From the NCBI GenBank assembly GCA_043808015.1, contig JAZDFI010000009.1, forward strand, positions 1 through 61,386: a DNA stretch of 61,386 nucleotides, read 5' to 3'. The notes below the pieces were generated by a model, which did not search any database, had not been told where the DNA came from, and worked only from the letters and a program-made list of their open reading frames with translations. Each line of letters starts with the position of its first letter. Positions within the stretch are counted from its first letter, which is position 1. This DNA is from Candidatus Aenigmatarchaeota archaeon. Its GTDB lineage: Archaea; Aenigmatarchaeota; Aenigmatarchaeia; QMZP01; QMZT01. A program made the position numbers and the translations under genes. Shown piece by piece: positions 9,301 to 18,065 of the stretch.

Positions 9301-9389
9301 ACGCGAAGGCCGCAGGTTCGATTCCTGCCCGGCCCATAATACAATATATATGTAAATTAATGAACGTTTGAAAATTCGAGGGTGATGTT

Positions 9390-10349
9390 ATGACCAGGAT
9401 TCTTGTGACGGGAGCGACGGGCCAGATAGGCATGAGCCTCGTGCCGGAGCTGCGCAGAAAGCACGGCAACGCGAACGTCATAGCCATCGGCCACCGGAAA
9501 ATGCCGGACGAGGCGTTCATAAACGCCGGGCCTTTCGAAATCGCGGACGCCACGAACAAAGAGGCGATATCGGAGATAATCAGCAAATACGGAATCGACA
9601 CGGTCTACCATCTCGTTTCGCTGCTTTCCGCGACCGGGGAAAAGAACCCTGATCTCGCCTGGAGCGTCAACATGGGCGGCCTGAAGATAATGCTGGACCT
9701 GGCGAGAGAACACAACATAAAAAGAATATTCTGGCCCAGTTCGATAGCGGCGTTCGGCCCGACAACCCCCAGAGACGCCACGCCTCAGGCGACTGTGCTT
9801 GAGCCGAACACGATGTATGGCGTGACGAAAGTCGCAGGCGAGCTCATGTGCAATTATTATTACAAGAAATACGGAGTCGACGTGCGCAGCCTGCGTTACC
9901 CCGGCATCATAAGCAACAACGCGCTGCCGGGCGGCGGGACGACGGACTACGCGGTCGAGATATTCTACGAGGCGCTGAAGCACCAGAAATACAAGTGCTA
10001 CCTGCGCGACGATTCGACTCTTCCCATGATGTACATGCCCGATGCGATAAAGGCGACCATCGACCTGATGGAAGCCGACCCGGCGAACGTAAGGATTCGC
10101 ACCAGCTATAACCTGGCGGCTGTCAGCTTCTCACCCAAGGAAATCGCTTCCGAGATAAAGAAGCACATCCGCTCTTTCGAATGCACTTACGAGCCCGACT
10201 TCAGGCAGGCGATTGCTGACTCCTGGCCAAAATCCATAGACGACTCGCACGCCAGGAAGGACTGGGGCTGGAAACACGAATATGACCTCAAAAAAATGAC
10301 CCATGACATGCTCGCTGCGCTGAGCGCAAGGCTCGGCCTGAAATACTAA
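9390..10349 (+). CDS. tdh: L-threonine 3-dehydrogenase, extended-SDR (UDP-glucose-4-epimerase-like) type
   Basis: 319 aa with a Rossmann motif VTGATGQIG and a catalytic YGVTKVAGE (YxxxK). It sits next to kbl, and together they form the two-step threonine-to-glycine pathway. Confidence 0.8.
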   Translation: MTRILVTGATGQIGMSLVPELRRKHGNANVIAIGHRKMPDEAFINAGPFEIADATNKEAISEIISKYGIDTVYHLVSLLSATGEKNPDLAWSVNMGGLKIMLDLAREHNIKRIFWPSSIAAFGPTTPRDATPQATVLEPNTMYGVTKVAGELMCNYYYKKYGVDVRSLRYPGIISNNALPGGGTTDYAVEIFYEALKHQKYKCYLRDDSTLPMMYMPDAIKATIDLMEADPANVRIRTSYNLAAVSFSPKEIASEIKKHIRSFECTYEPDFRQAIADSWPKSIDDSHARKDWGWKHEYDLKKMTHDMLAALSARLGLKY

Positions 10350-10431
10350 AAGCCAGCGAAACCCGGCGCAATAACCTTTTTTAAGCCTAAAAATGATTTT
10401 TCTATTTACCGCGCGGGGTTCAGGGGATGTA

Positions 10432-12444
10432 ATGACGAAGACGAAAATGCCTAAAGAGGAAATGGTGGGGAAGTTCAGCGAATTCCTGGAGAAGGCATAC
10501 GGCAAAGAGCTGGCCAAGGCGGCTAACGAGGGAACGCCGCTGGTGCTGGAAATGGAGAAGCTGGACAAGTTCAGTTCCGACCTCATTGAAATGCTTTCTA
10601 AAAAACCCGACGACTTCCTGGAGATATGCCAGGAGGCGATAGAGCAGAAGGATTTGCCCAACAAGGTCAAGATCCGCTTCCGCGGCATGGAGCTCGTCAA
10701 CATACGCGACCTGCGCTCGAGACACATAGGCAAGTTCATATGTTTAGAAGGCCTGGTCAGGCGCTCCAGCGAGATACGCCCGGAAGTCACGGAAACGATA
10801 TGGAAGTGCCCCGACTGCGGCGCGCTCATCTCCGTGCCGAGAAAGGCGAACTTCGTTTCTGAGCCATACGTCTGCCCCAAGTGCAGGAACAAGCAGGGCT
10901 TCCAGGAAGCTGACAAGAAGATGGTTGACACGCGATGGATCACGGTCGACGAGCCGTTCGAGCTTACGGAAGGCGAGCGCCCGTCGCAGCTTAACATATT
11001 CCTTACAGAAGATTTAGTATCGCCGGAAGGACGGCGCATGACCGACCCCGGTAACCGCCTGAAAATGACGGGTGTGCTCCGCGAGGTGGCGAAAGGGAAG
11101 TCGTCTGTTAAACTCGACTTCTATCTCGACTCGAACCACGTCGAGCCCACCGAACTCGGCTGGCGCCATCTCGAAATAAGCAAGGCCGACGAGGACAAAA
11201 TAAAGGAGATGTCAAAGGACCCTCTAATATACGAAAAGCTCATCGACTCGATGGCACCGTCGCTTTACGGCCTCAGGGAAATAAAGGAATCCATCATTCT
11301 TCAGATGTTCGGAGGCATGGCGCGCACGATGAAAGACGGCATGCACTTCAGGGGCGACATACACCTCCTGCTGATAGGCGACCCGTCGTCCGGTAAGTCG
11401 CAGCTGCTGAAGCTGGCGCCAAAAATCGTGCCGCGAGGCAAATACGTTTCCGGCAAGGGCGTCACGGGCGCAGGTCTCACCGCGACCGTCGTCAAGGACG
11501 AGCAGTTCATGGGCGGATGGGTTCTCGAGGCCGGAGCGCTGGTTCTGACTAACGGCGGGCTGCTGGCGATAGACGAGTTCGAGAAGATGGCGCCCGAAGA
11601 CCAGGTCGCGATGCACGAGGCGCTCGAGCAGGGCACGATTTCCATCGCTAAAGCATCGATAGTTGCCACGCTTCCAGCTCAGACGTCCGTCCTCGCGGGC
11701 GGCAACCCGAAGTTCTCGAGGTTCGACCCTTACATGCCCATAGCCAAGCAGATTACGATATCAGATACACTGTTAACACGTTTCGACCTGAAGTTCGCGC
11801 TGCGCGACGTCCCGGACAACGAGATGGACAAAAAGATAGTCGACCACGTGCTGAAGTCGAGGGAAGATGATTACGAGGCGGCTAAGCCCATCATAGCACC
11901 GGAATTCGTCAGGAAGTATGTCGCTTACTGCAAGAAAAACTGCAGTCCCGTCCTTACGCAGGAAGCCGGAAAAACGCTTAGGAAATTCTACATAAGCATG
12001 AGAAAGCGCGCCGAGGAGCGAGGCGGCGGCAGCGGGACTGTGTCCATAACGCTCCGTCAGTTCGAGGCGCTCATCCGTATTGCTGAAGCGTCTGCCAAGG
12101 TCCAGCTCAGCGACATAGTCCGCAGGGAGGACTCGTTGCGCGCGATACGCCTTATGCGCTTCTCGCTCGAACAATTAGGCCTTGACACGAAGACCGGCGA
12201 GATAGACATAGACAAGGCTGAAGGCGCTTCGACGACATCGAGCGACCGCTCCAGAATACGCATGGTCCTTGACATAATCAGGCAGCTTTCCGAGAAGTCG
12301 AAAGAAGTCCCCATAGCCGAGATCCACAGGCTCGCCAGGAACGAGGGCATCGACAATGACGACGAGGTCGACGAGATAATAGGCAAGCTCAAGCGCGAGG
12401 GCCTGCTGTTCGAGCCCAGCCCCAACTACGTGCAGAAAGTGTAA
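10432..12444 (+). CDS. mcm: MCM replicative helicase
   Basis: It has a zinc motif CPDCG...CPKCRN, Walker A GDPSSGKSQLL, Walker B LLAIDEFEKM, an LLTRFDL arginine-finger region and a C-terminal winged helix. An alternative upstream ATG lies at 10393. I see no intein. Confidence 0.9.
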   Translation: MTKTKMPKEEMVGKFSEFLEKAYGKELAKAANEGTPLVLEMEKLDKFSSDLIEMLSKKPDDFLEICQEAIEQKDLPNKVKIRFRGMELVNIRDLRSRHIGKFICLEGLVRRSSEIRPEVTETIWKCPDCGALISVPRKANFVSEPYVCPKCRNKQGFQEADKKMVDTRWITVDEPFELTEGERPSQLNIFLTEDLVSPEGRRMTDPGNRLKMTGVLREVAKGKSSVKLDFYLDSNHVEPTELGWRHLEISKADEDKIKEMSKDPLIYEKLIDSMAPSLYGLREIKESIILQMFGGMARTMKDGMHFRGDIHLLLIGDPSSGKSQLLKLAPKIVPRGKYVSGKGVTGAGLTATVVKDEQFMGGWVLEAGALVLTNGGLLAIDEFEKMAPEDQVAMHEALEQGTISIAKASIVATLPAQTSVLAGGNPKFSRFDPYMPIAKQITISDTLLTRFDLKFALRDVPDNEMDKKIVDHVLKSREDDYEAAKPIIAPEFVRKYVAYCKKNCSPVLTQEAGKTLRKFYISMRKRAEERGGGSGTVSITLRQFEALIRIAEASAKVQLSDIVRREDSLRAIRLMRFSLEQLGLDTKTGEIDIDKAEGASTTSSDRSRIRMVLDIIRQLSEKSKEVPIAEIHRLARNEGIDNDDEVDEIIGKLKREGLLFEPSPNYVQKV

Positions 12445-12497
12445 AAGGCTGTAATAACTTTCTAACGAATTTATACGCACTCGACCAATTATTTCTT

Positions 12498-12815
12498 ATG
12501 AACTGCCCCAAGTGCGACGGCGGAGCTTACGTGTCGGAAGAGGAAGTGGTGAACGTCCTCGAAAACGCGTCGCCTCCAAAGGTGATAATGAAAGTCACCT
12601 ACATATGCAAGGCGTGCAGCGAGAAGTTTACCAGGGTGAACATAGAAGACGTCGACGCCGCTGCGAAGCCTAGGCCCGCTGCCAAGGAGACGAAAGCGAA
12701 GGAATGGAAGCCCGCTCCCGGCATGCCGAGAAGCGAGTTCGCCGCCGGGCCCGAAGTCCCGAAACCCAACGACGAGAAAATAAGGGACAAGCTCAGGTTC
12801 CTTGATGACGTCTGA
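12498..12815 (+). CDS. hypothetical zinc-ribbon protein
   Basis: 105 aa with CPKC...CKAC pairs at the N-terminus and a Lys/Pro/Ala-rich tail. It lies immediately downstream of mcm. Confidence 0.45.
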   Translation: MNCPKCDGGAYVSEEEVVNVLENASPPKVIMKVTYICKACSEKFTRVNIEDVDAAAKPRPAAKETKAKEWKPAPGMPRSEFAAGPEVPKPNDEKIRDKLRFLDDV

Positions 12816-12823
12816 TTCCGGCT

Positions 12824-13150
12824 TTACTTCCCGTCGTCAAAGTGCAGAGCCGCTTTTTTGTAAATACTCAGGTCAGTTCCAGCTACACCATCTCCAACCG
12901 CACCGTCTGACAGGATCAGGTTGACTGGCTGACTTAAAGGCCTTTCGCTTTCCTCTCCAAAAACGTAAACCCATTTTCCGTTTTGCCTGACTGCGCTCAT
13001 GTCCATCGAAGGCACATACACTTCTTTTCTGTTGGGATCCATGAAATCTGCCACCATCGGCATCTTTCCAATCACTGGCATATAGCACCACTCCTTAACT
13101 GATGTTTCGCTAGAAGGAGATACGCTTCGAATGTCAGAAGCGACCCACAC
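12824..13150 (-). CDS. hypothetical protein
   Basis: 108-aa ORF with a GTG start and internal ATG alternatives. I recognise no motif. Confidence 0.3.
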   Translation of the reverse strand: MWVASDIRSVSPSSETSVKEWCYMPVIGKMPMVADFMDPNRKEVYVPSMDMSAVRQNGKWVYVFGEESERPLSQPVNLILSDGAVGDGVAGTDLSIYKKAALHFDDGK

Positions 13151-13343
13151 TTAATATGATACCGAACATTTAAATAGCTTTGCCGCTATCGGTTTAGATA
13201 GAAAAAGCTGACATTGCTTTCCGCCGCTGCAATGCTGCTTCAGCTATGGAGGAAGCAAAAAAGAAACCCGTCATTAGTTGGTTTGGCGCGCTTATATAGA
13301 TTTGTATTTTGCGATGAATATTTTTCAAAATAACGTCTGCGCT

Positions 13344-14171
13344 CTACTTTACTTTTATGTCCATGCAGAACTTCAGTGTCTTCGGGGCGTATTCGGAGAC
13401 CTTCGCCGTTTTCACGGATTTGACTTTCCTGCCAACCGACTGGATATCGACGCTGGCGATTTCCTTTATCTCATCCAGCGCGTCAGGTGACGACATGAAA
13501 TAATAATGGATTGTTCCTCCGCCTTTCTTCAGGCACTTGGCTGCGACCCTGATGTATTCGTAAGCGCCTTTCGGCAGCGGCATGACGACGCGGTCGCACT
13601 TGCCGAAGTATGGGGTGCAGACGTCATCCACGTCACCCAGGACCGGCACTATCTTGTCTCCCGCCTTGTTTATGCGCACGTTCTCGAGCATGTATTTGTA
13701 GGCGTCCGGGTTTATCTCGACCGAATAGACTTTCGCCACTCTCGGCTGGCGCTTGACAATCGCGATTGAGTACGGTCCGGCGCCGGCGAACATGACCATC
13801 ACGCTTTCGCGCGGCCTGACCATGCCGGCTATGCGCTGGCGCTCATTCGCTTCCCTGGGAGAGAAGAAGACCTTGCTGACGTCCAGGCGTATGCGGTATC
13901 CGTGCTCCTTGTGTTCGGTTTCTTTTTCCTCGCCGTAAATAAGCTTCAGTTCGCGCAGGCGGTAGACGCCTTTTCGCTCGCTGCCCTTGTTGTATATGGT
14001 CTTCAGCCTGGGGTGCATGTCGAGCAGCGCGTCTACGATGTCGCGCTCCCTGTGGCTCAGCTCTTCAGGTATCTCGATTATCGCCACGTCACCGATAACG
14101 TCAAAAGCGCCTTTCAGAAACTGCAGTTCCCTCTCGGGCAGGCGCTTCTCGAGCAACTCTTTCAGGTCCAT
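13344..14171 (-). CDS. trm5: tRNA (guanine37-N1)-methyltransferase, Trm5/Met-10+ family
   Basis: 275 aa with the SAM-binding segment VMVMFAGAGPYSIAIVK and the downstream VYSVEINPDAYKYMLENVRINK, typical of archaeal Trm5/Taw22. Confidence 0.8.
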   Translation of the reverse strand: MDLKELLEKRLPERELQFLKGAFDVIGDVAIIEIPEELSHRERDIVDALLDMHPRLKTIYNKGSERKGVYRLRELKLIYGEEKETEHKEHGYRIRLDVSKVFFSPREANERQRIAGMVRPRESVMVMFAGAGPYSIAIVKRQPRVAKVYSVEINPDAYKYMLENVRINKAGDKIVPVLGDVDDVCTPYFGKCDRVVMPLPKGAYEYIRVAAKCLKKGGGTIHYYFMSSPDALDEIKEIASVDIQSVGRKVKSVKTAKVSEYAPKTLKFCMDIKVK

Positions 14172-14252
14172 ACTTAATAGTGCATGCCTTTTCTAATAAA
14201 AACTTGCCCGTCAGCCGCGAAAAAATATTAGCACTGGAAACAATTAACTACC

Positions 14253-14534
14253 ATGAAAAACATCTCGATAATCCGCCCTCCCGAAAGCAGGGCCTTGAAA
14301 AGCGGCAAGGTCGTGCTCATGCCCGGAGAGGAAGTGGGCGAGCATGTGACGACCGCGAGAGAGGAAGTAATAATAGTCATCAAGGGCGAGGCGGCCGTGG
14401 TAAAAAACGGCAAATATCACAGGATCGGGGAAGGAGAGGCGCATTACATAAAGGAAGGCGTGACTCACAACGTCAAAAACCTTTCTGACGCGCCCGTCGA
14501 ATACGTTTACGTCGTCAGTCTCTTCCATCAATAA
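14253..14534 (+). CDS. cupin domain protein
   Basis: 93 aa with the cupin_2-like pattern GEEVGEHVTTAREEVIIVIKGEAAVV...G....I.EGVTHNVKN. Confidence 0.7.
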   Translation: MKNISIIRPPESRALKSGKVVLMPGEEVGEHVTTAREEVIIVIKGEAAVVKNGKYHRIGEGEAHYIKEGVTHNVKNLSDAPVEYVYVVSLFHQ

Positions 14535-14553
14535 ATGTCAGGGGTTGTTGGCA

Positions 14554-15135
14554 ATGACGGACAAGAATCTCATAAGCGAAGCGCGTGAACTGGATTTGCT
14601 CAGTTTTTTCTTTCTGGAAGAGCTGGCGAAAATAAGGGAGCTGCTGGACGAGCCATCTGAAAAAGAAAACGACGATGCAGAAGACAGCGACGACGAGGAA
14701 TATGCCGAGAGCTATGGCGACCTCAAGGATACGCTGAAGCAATACCACGAGAAGCTCAAGGCTTACGAAAAAATCATAAAGGAAGGCATCAGCGAAGCGT
14801 ATGGCAGCGCCAAGCCGGAGGCGCCAAAAAAAGAAGAGCCGTCGATAGAAACGGAGCTAGTGAGCCCGTTCGATAGGGGTCACAAGCTTGGATGCGGCTG
14901 CCCGGGATGCGCGGCGTATCGCGACTTCTACGGCATCAGGCTTGGAAACAATGCAGACGATGCCTTAAACATCCTTGCAGCAAAGACCGCGACCAAAAAG
15001 ACGCATTACGAAGAATCCGCCAGCCGTCCGTGCGGCGGCAAGATGTTCAACCACTTCCACGGCGAGCATGCCGGCCTGAAGAGCGCGCTAGGCAACTATA
15101 CCGGCAGATTCGCTTTCGTCAGGGCCGGTTATTAA
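14554..15135 (+). CDS. hypothetical protein with an acidic N-terminal half and a Cys/His-containing C-terminal half
   Basis: The ORF is listed from TTG 14545, and the first ATG is at 14554. It has an acidic stretch DDAEDSDDEEYAE and a CGCPGC motif. I recognise no family. Confidence 0.4.
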   Translation: MTDKNLISEARELDLLSFFFLEELAKIRELLDEPSEKENDDAEDSDDEEYAESYGDLKDTLKQYHEKLKAYEKIIKEGISEAYGSAKPEAPKKEEPSIETELVSPFDRGHKLGCGCPGCAAYRDFYGIRLGNNADDALNILAAKTATKKTHYEESASRPCGGKMFNHFHGEHAGLKSALGNYTGRFAFVRAGY

Positions 15136-15185
15136 TTTCGGCTCGCACAACTTATTTAATAGGAAGCATTCCATAATGTGTTACT

Positions 15186-16373
15186 ATGCTCGAGCTAAGA
15201 TTCGACGCCGGGAAGATTGCAGCCACGGAACCTGAGACAGTCGGAAAACTGGCCAGCGATTTCTTCGGCGACAGGAACGGTGAGTCCATAGCTCTGATGC
15301 CGGAAGAAGCGATGTATCTCATGCTTTTCAGGAACGCCGTCCTGCGCGACGCGGCAGGGAAGGAAATGGACTTCAATGCGCTGGCGAAACATTTCGTCAG
15401 GGACGAGCCGCGCCTGTTCATACGCTACAACGCCTACCGCGACTGGAGAGATCGCGGTCTCGTCGTGAGGAGATACAGACCGAGCATCCAGGGCAAGCAT
15501 TCGAAAAAGACTTTCAAGAAATACCCTGACCAGAAATTCGAGCCGGCTCCGATAAACGCGAAGGCGTACTGGTATCCGGATTCGCTGTTCTCGGTGCTGG
15601 ACAACGAGGAAGCGGGCCTAGACATATTCAACAAATACTGGCTCGGCCAATACGGCGTCTACAAGCAGGAGCGCGGCAGGCAGTCGAAGCTCGACTTCTT
15701 CGAGACCATATTCTTAGCCAAGCATCTCGGTGTGAGTGTCGTCAATGTCGCGAACGGCAGGAAGGTCACGCCGCTTCAGCTGATTAAACAGGTCGCCAAA
15801 AAGCGCGAATACGCCAAGCAGCTTTACGACGTCTACGAGGACTGGAGGCTGAAGGGATACGTGGTCAAGTCAGGCTTCAAGTTCGGCTCCCACTTCAGGA
15901 TTTATTTTCCCGGCGCGTCGCCAGTCAAAGGGGAGGAATGGATACACTCGAAGCACGTGCTTCACGTCTTCCCCAAGGAAGAGAAACTGCTCATATCGGA
16001 GTGGTCGCGCGCGGTGCGCGTCGCTCATGGTGTGAAGAAGACGTTCATCCTCGGCGTGCCGGAGCTGAACAAAAGCGACTACAAGGAGCTGCCGGTCGAT
16101 TTCGTTGCCTACCGCAGGAAGATGGGCAACGGCGCATGGATACGAGAAACGCCCAAGGACAAGCCGCGCTATATGCTGATTGCGGTATCGGAAGACGAGC
16201 ACATCGGAGGCGTCGAGCTCGCCTCGCTGCTCAACATGGCCAAGGACATGGGACTGAATCTCCTGCTCTCGATCACTGACAGGGAGACGAGCATAACATA
16301 TTACGAGCTGAAGAAGATAGTCCTGCCCGGCTCGAAATACGAATACTACGAGATAGAGTGGTTCAAGCCTTGA
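15186..16373 (+). CDS. endA: tRNA-splicing endonuclease, long multi-unit form
   Basis: 395 aa. The catalytic unit has GFKFGSHFRIYFPG ... HSKHVLHV ... AHGVKK (Tyr/His/Lys triad context). An upstream degenerate copy (RYNAYRDWRDRGLVVR versus VYEDWRLKGYVVKSGFKFG) and an extra C-terminal unit make it about twice the size of a homotetrameric-type EndA. Confidence 0.85.
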   Translation: MLELRFDAGKIAATEPETVGKLASDFFGDRNGESIALMPEEAMYLMLFRNAVLRDAAGKEMDFNALAKHFVRDEPRLFIRYNAYRDWRDRGLVVRRYRPSIQGKHSKKTFKKYPDQKFEPAPINAKAYWYPDSLFSVLDNEEAGLDIFNKYWLGQYGVYKQERGRQSKLDFFETIFLAKHLGVSVVNVANGRKVTPLQLIKQVAKKREYAKQLYDVYEDWRLKGYVVKSGFKFGSHFRIYFPGASPVKGEEWIHSKHVLHVFPKEEKLLISEWSRAVRVAHGVKKTFILGVPELNKSDYKELPVDFVAYRRKMGNGAWIRETPKDKPRYMLIAVSEDEHIGGVELASLLNMAKDMGLNLLLSITDRETSITYYELKKIVLPGSKYEYYEIEWFKP

Positions 16374-16400
16374 AATAAAAATAATAAAATCGATAAAAAT

Positions 16401-16697
16401 TTATTGTGTGGTTTTATTTTTTTCCGTCATGAACTGTTTGTAGCCATAAACAAGTTCTCTGACTGCGGTCGCCTGGCCGTTTCCGCCAAATCCGTTGTTG
16501 GTTTTATGCGCGATTAAAGCGTCCGCATCGTCACAAACCTGCCCGTCGCGGCCAATCAGGGATAAAAACATGTCAACTGAGCCGCCTTCCGGATAGCCGC
16601 CTATTTTTTTATACACGTTTGCCGCCATCAGTAAGTTCGTGCCAAACAGTCCCGCGAAAGAATCTACGGCTTCAAAAAGCTGTCTGTCTGTTCCCAT
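16401..16697 (-). CDS. hypothetical protein
   Basis: 98-aa ORF at the edge of an AT-rich stretch. I recognise no motif. Confidence 0.35.
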   Translation of the reverse strand: MGTDRQLFEAVDSFAGLFGTNLLMAANVYKKIGGYPEGGSVDMFLSLIGRDGQVCDDADALIAHKTNNGFGGNGQATAVRELVYGYKQFMTEKNKTTQ

Positions 16698-16757
16698 TTT
16701 ATAATTTTCCGGGTAAAATTTTTAAACTGATGTTGTCCTAAAGAAAATAGAAAAAAC

Positions 16758-17594
16758 CTAAATCATGTTGGTGATGAGCCAGTCGACCAGGGATTCGCCT
16801 ATGCTTTTCATGTGGCTGCCGTATTTCGTGTTGTGTTTGCCGCTGAAGCTCTTTACCTCGCGCAGGAAGTTGAGGACGTTCTGCTGGTTGATGTTCTTTA
16901 TCGTATTGTCAAGGGTTTTTATGTTCTGCAGCAGCTCCTTGAGCATGATCTTGTTCTTTTCGGAAGCCTCTATCAGATGGTCGCCTATCGCTTCCAGGTC
17001 GCGCGCTATGTTCATGATGTAGAGCAGCTCTATGTGGCGGAGCTTGCAGACGCGCTTGAACATCATGGAGCTTACGACGGACTTGTATACCAGTATCTTG
17101 CTCCTGTCGATCTCGTCCTCGTATTTTTCAATCAGTTCCTTGCTCTCGTTGTTTATGATGGAGTTTATCATGGCGACGAGCTTGCGGGTCATTATGCCTA
17201 TGACGAGGTCGGGGTCTTCGATTGAAACGACGGATTCGCAAGAGATTTTCTTGTTGTCGAACTCGACCAGCTCAACGCCGCTAAGTATCTTCTTGTGGTC
17301 CACGATGTCGAGCGACTTGACTTCCTTGTCCAGCTGTATCGTGAACGACTTGACCGGATTGATGTATGCGCCCGCTATGAACATGTTGATTATGAACATG
17401 TCGTTTTCCGGTATCTTCAGGTTCAGCATCTTTTCATGCGTCTCGGATATGTAAGGCGAGACGACAAGATTGCCTTTGGAAGACATGTCGAAAGATATCT
17501 TGGACTTGGGGGATACGTTGTTCTGCTTGCACCAGCTTGTGGGCAGATATACATAATACGCGTTGCCTGACTTCTGGATATTTCTGACGTCCAT
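16758..17594 (-). CDS. AbrB/SpoVT-like DNA-binding domain fused to a PhoU-like domain
   Basis: 278 aa. The N-terminus KSGNAYYVYLPTSWCKQNNVSPKSKISF looks like a swapped-hairpin barrel. The C-terminal helices with ARDLEAIGDHLIEA resemble the PhoU repeat. The region is AT-rich by eye. Confidence 0.6.
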   Translation of the reverse strand: MDVRNIQKSGNAYYVYLPTSWCKQNNVSPKSKISFDMSSKGNLVVSPYISETHEKMLNLKIPENDMFIINMFIAGAYINPVKSFTIQLDKEVKSLDIVDHKKILSGVELVEFDNKKISCESVVSIEDPDLVIGIMTRKLVAMINSIINNESKELIEKYEDEIDRSKILVYKSVVSSMMFKRVCKLRHIELLYIMNIARDLEAIGDHLIEASEKNKIMLKELLQNIKTLDNTIKNINQQNVLNFLREVKSFSGKHNTKYGSHMKSIGESLVDWLITNMI

Positions 17595-17738
17595 TCTTTA
17601 AAATACATAGTAGTATTTATAAACATTTATTGTTCGTATTAAGTATATTTCCTACAATAAATGCTAATACTTGGTATAGAAAAAACAACTAACATAGCAT
17701 TATATTGCATTTTCTTATCATAACCAATTGGTAATATA

Positions 17739-18062
17739 ATGGCGCTAGTCGACATCACCACTATCGTGTATCTGTGCTATCTTGGCATAGGCTTCATAGC
17801 CGGCAGGGTATTCATGTCGATAGAATTCGCCCTTCTCAAGCCTAAATACAACAGCTACAAGGTCCTGAACCAGGGGGAAGAATACAATCACATTCCCACT
17901 GTCAAAAGGGTCCGCAGGTGGGACATAATAGACACGACCCACGCAACATCAAGGCAGTTCCACGACAACGTGGTGGTCATGAACCCCACATATCACAGGG
18001 ACATGTCGCCGCAGGAAATGACGGTCGATTACTTTATGGCCATGAAAAACAGGTCCAGTTAG
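17739..18062 (+). CDS. hypothetical protein with an N-terminal TM helix
   Basis: 107-aa ORF with a hydrophobic N-terminus IVYLCYLGIGFIAGRVFM. I recognise no family. Confidence 0.35.
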   Translation: MALVDITTIVYLCYLGIGFIAGRVFMSIEFALLKPKYNSYKVLNQGEEYNHIPTVKRVRRWDIIDTTHATSRQFHDNVVVMNPTYHRDMSPQEMTVDYFMAMKNRSS

Positions 18063-18065
18063 TCG

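Larger units (their letters stand above)
9174..9336 (+). tRNA. tRNA-Val (anticodon UAC) with two introns
   Basis: I folded this by hand. The acceptor stem is GGGCCGG/CCGGCCC with discriminator A. The D-arm GTCT-AGCGGTTAA-A|GAC is completed only after removing 9197-9242. The anticodon arm is TCGCG-CTTACA|A-CGCGA, and the T-arm is GCAGG-TTCGATT-CCTGC. The exons sum to 74 nt. Confidence 0.8.

Noticed and set aside
9185-9983. Minus-strand ORFs 9185..9601 and 9357..9983, which overlap tRNA-Val and tdh.
   Set aside because: They overlap a well-folding tRNA and the motif-bearing tdh frame, and they show no recognisable motifs.
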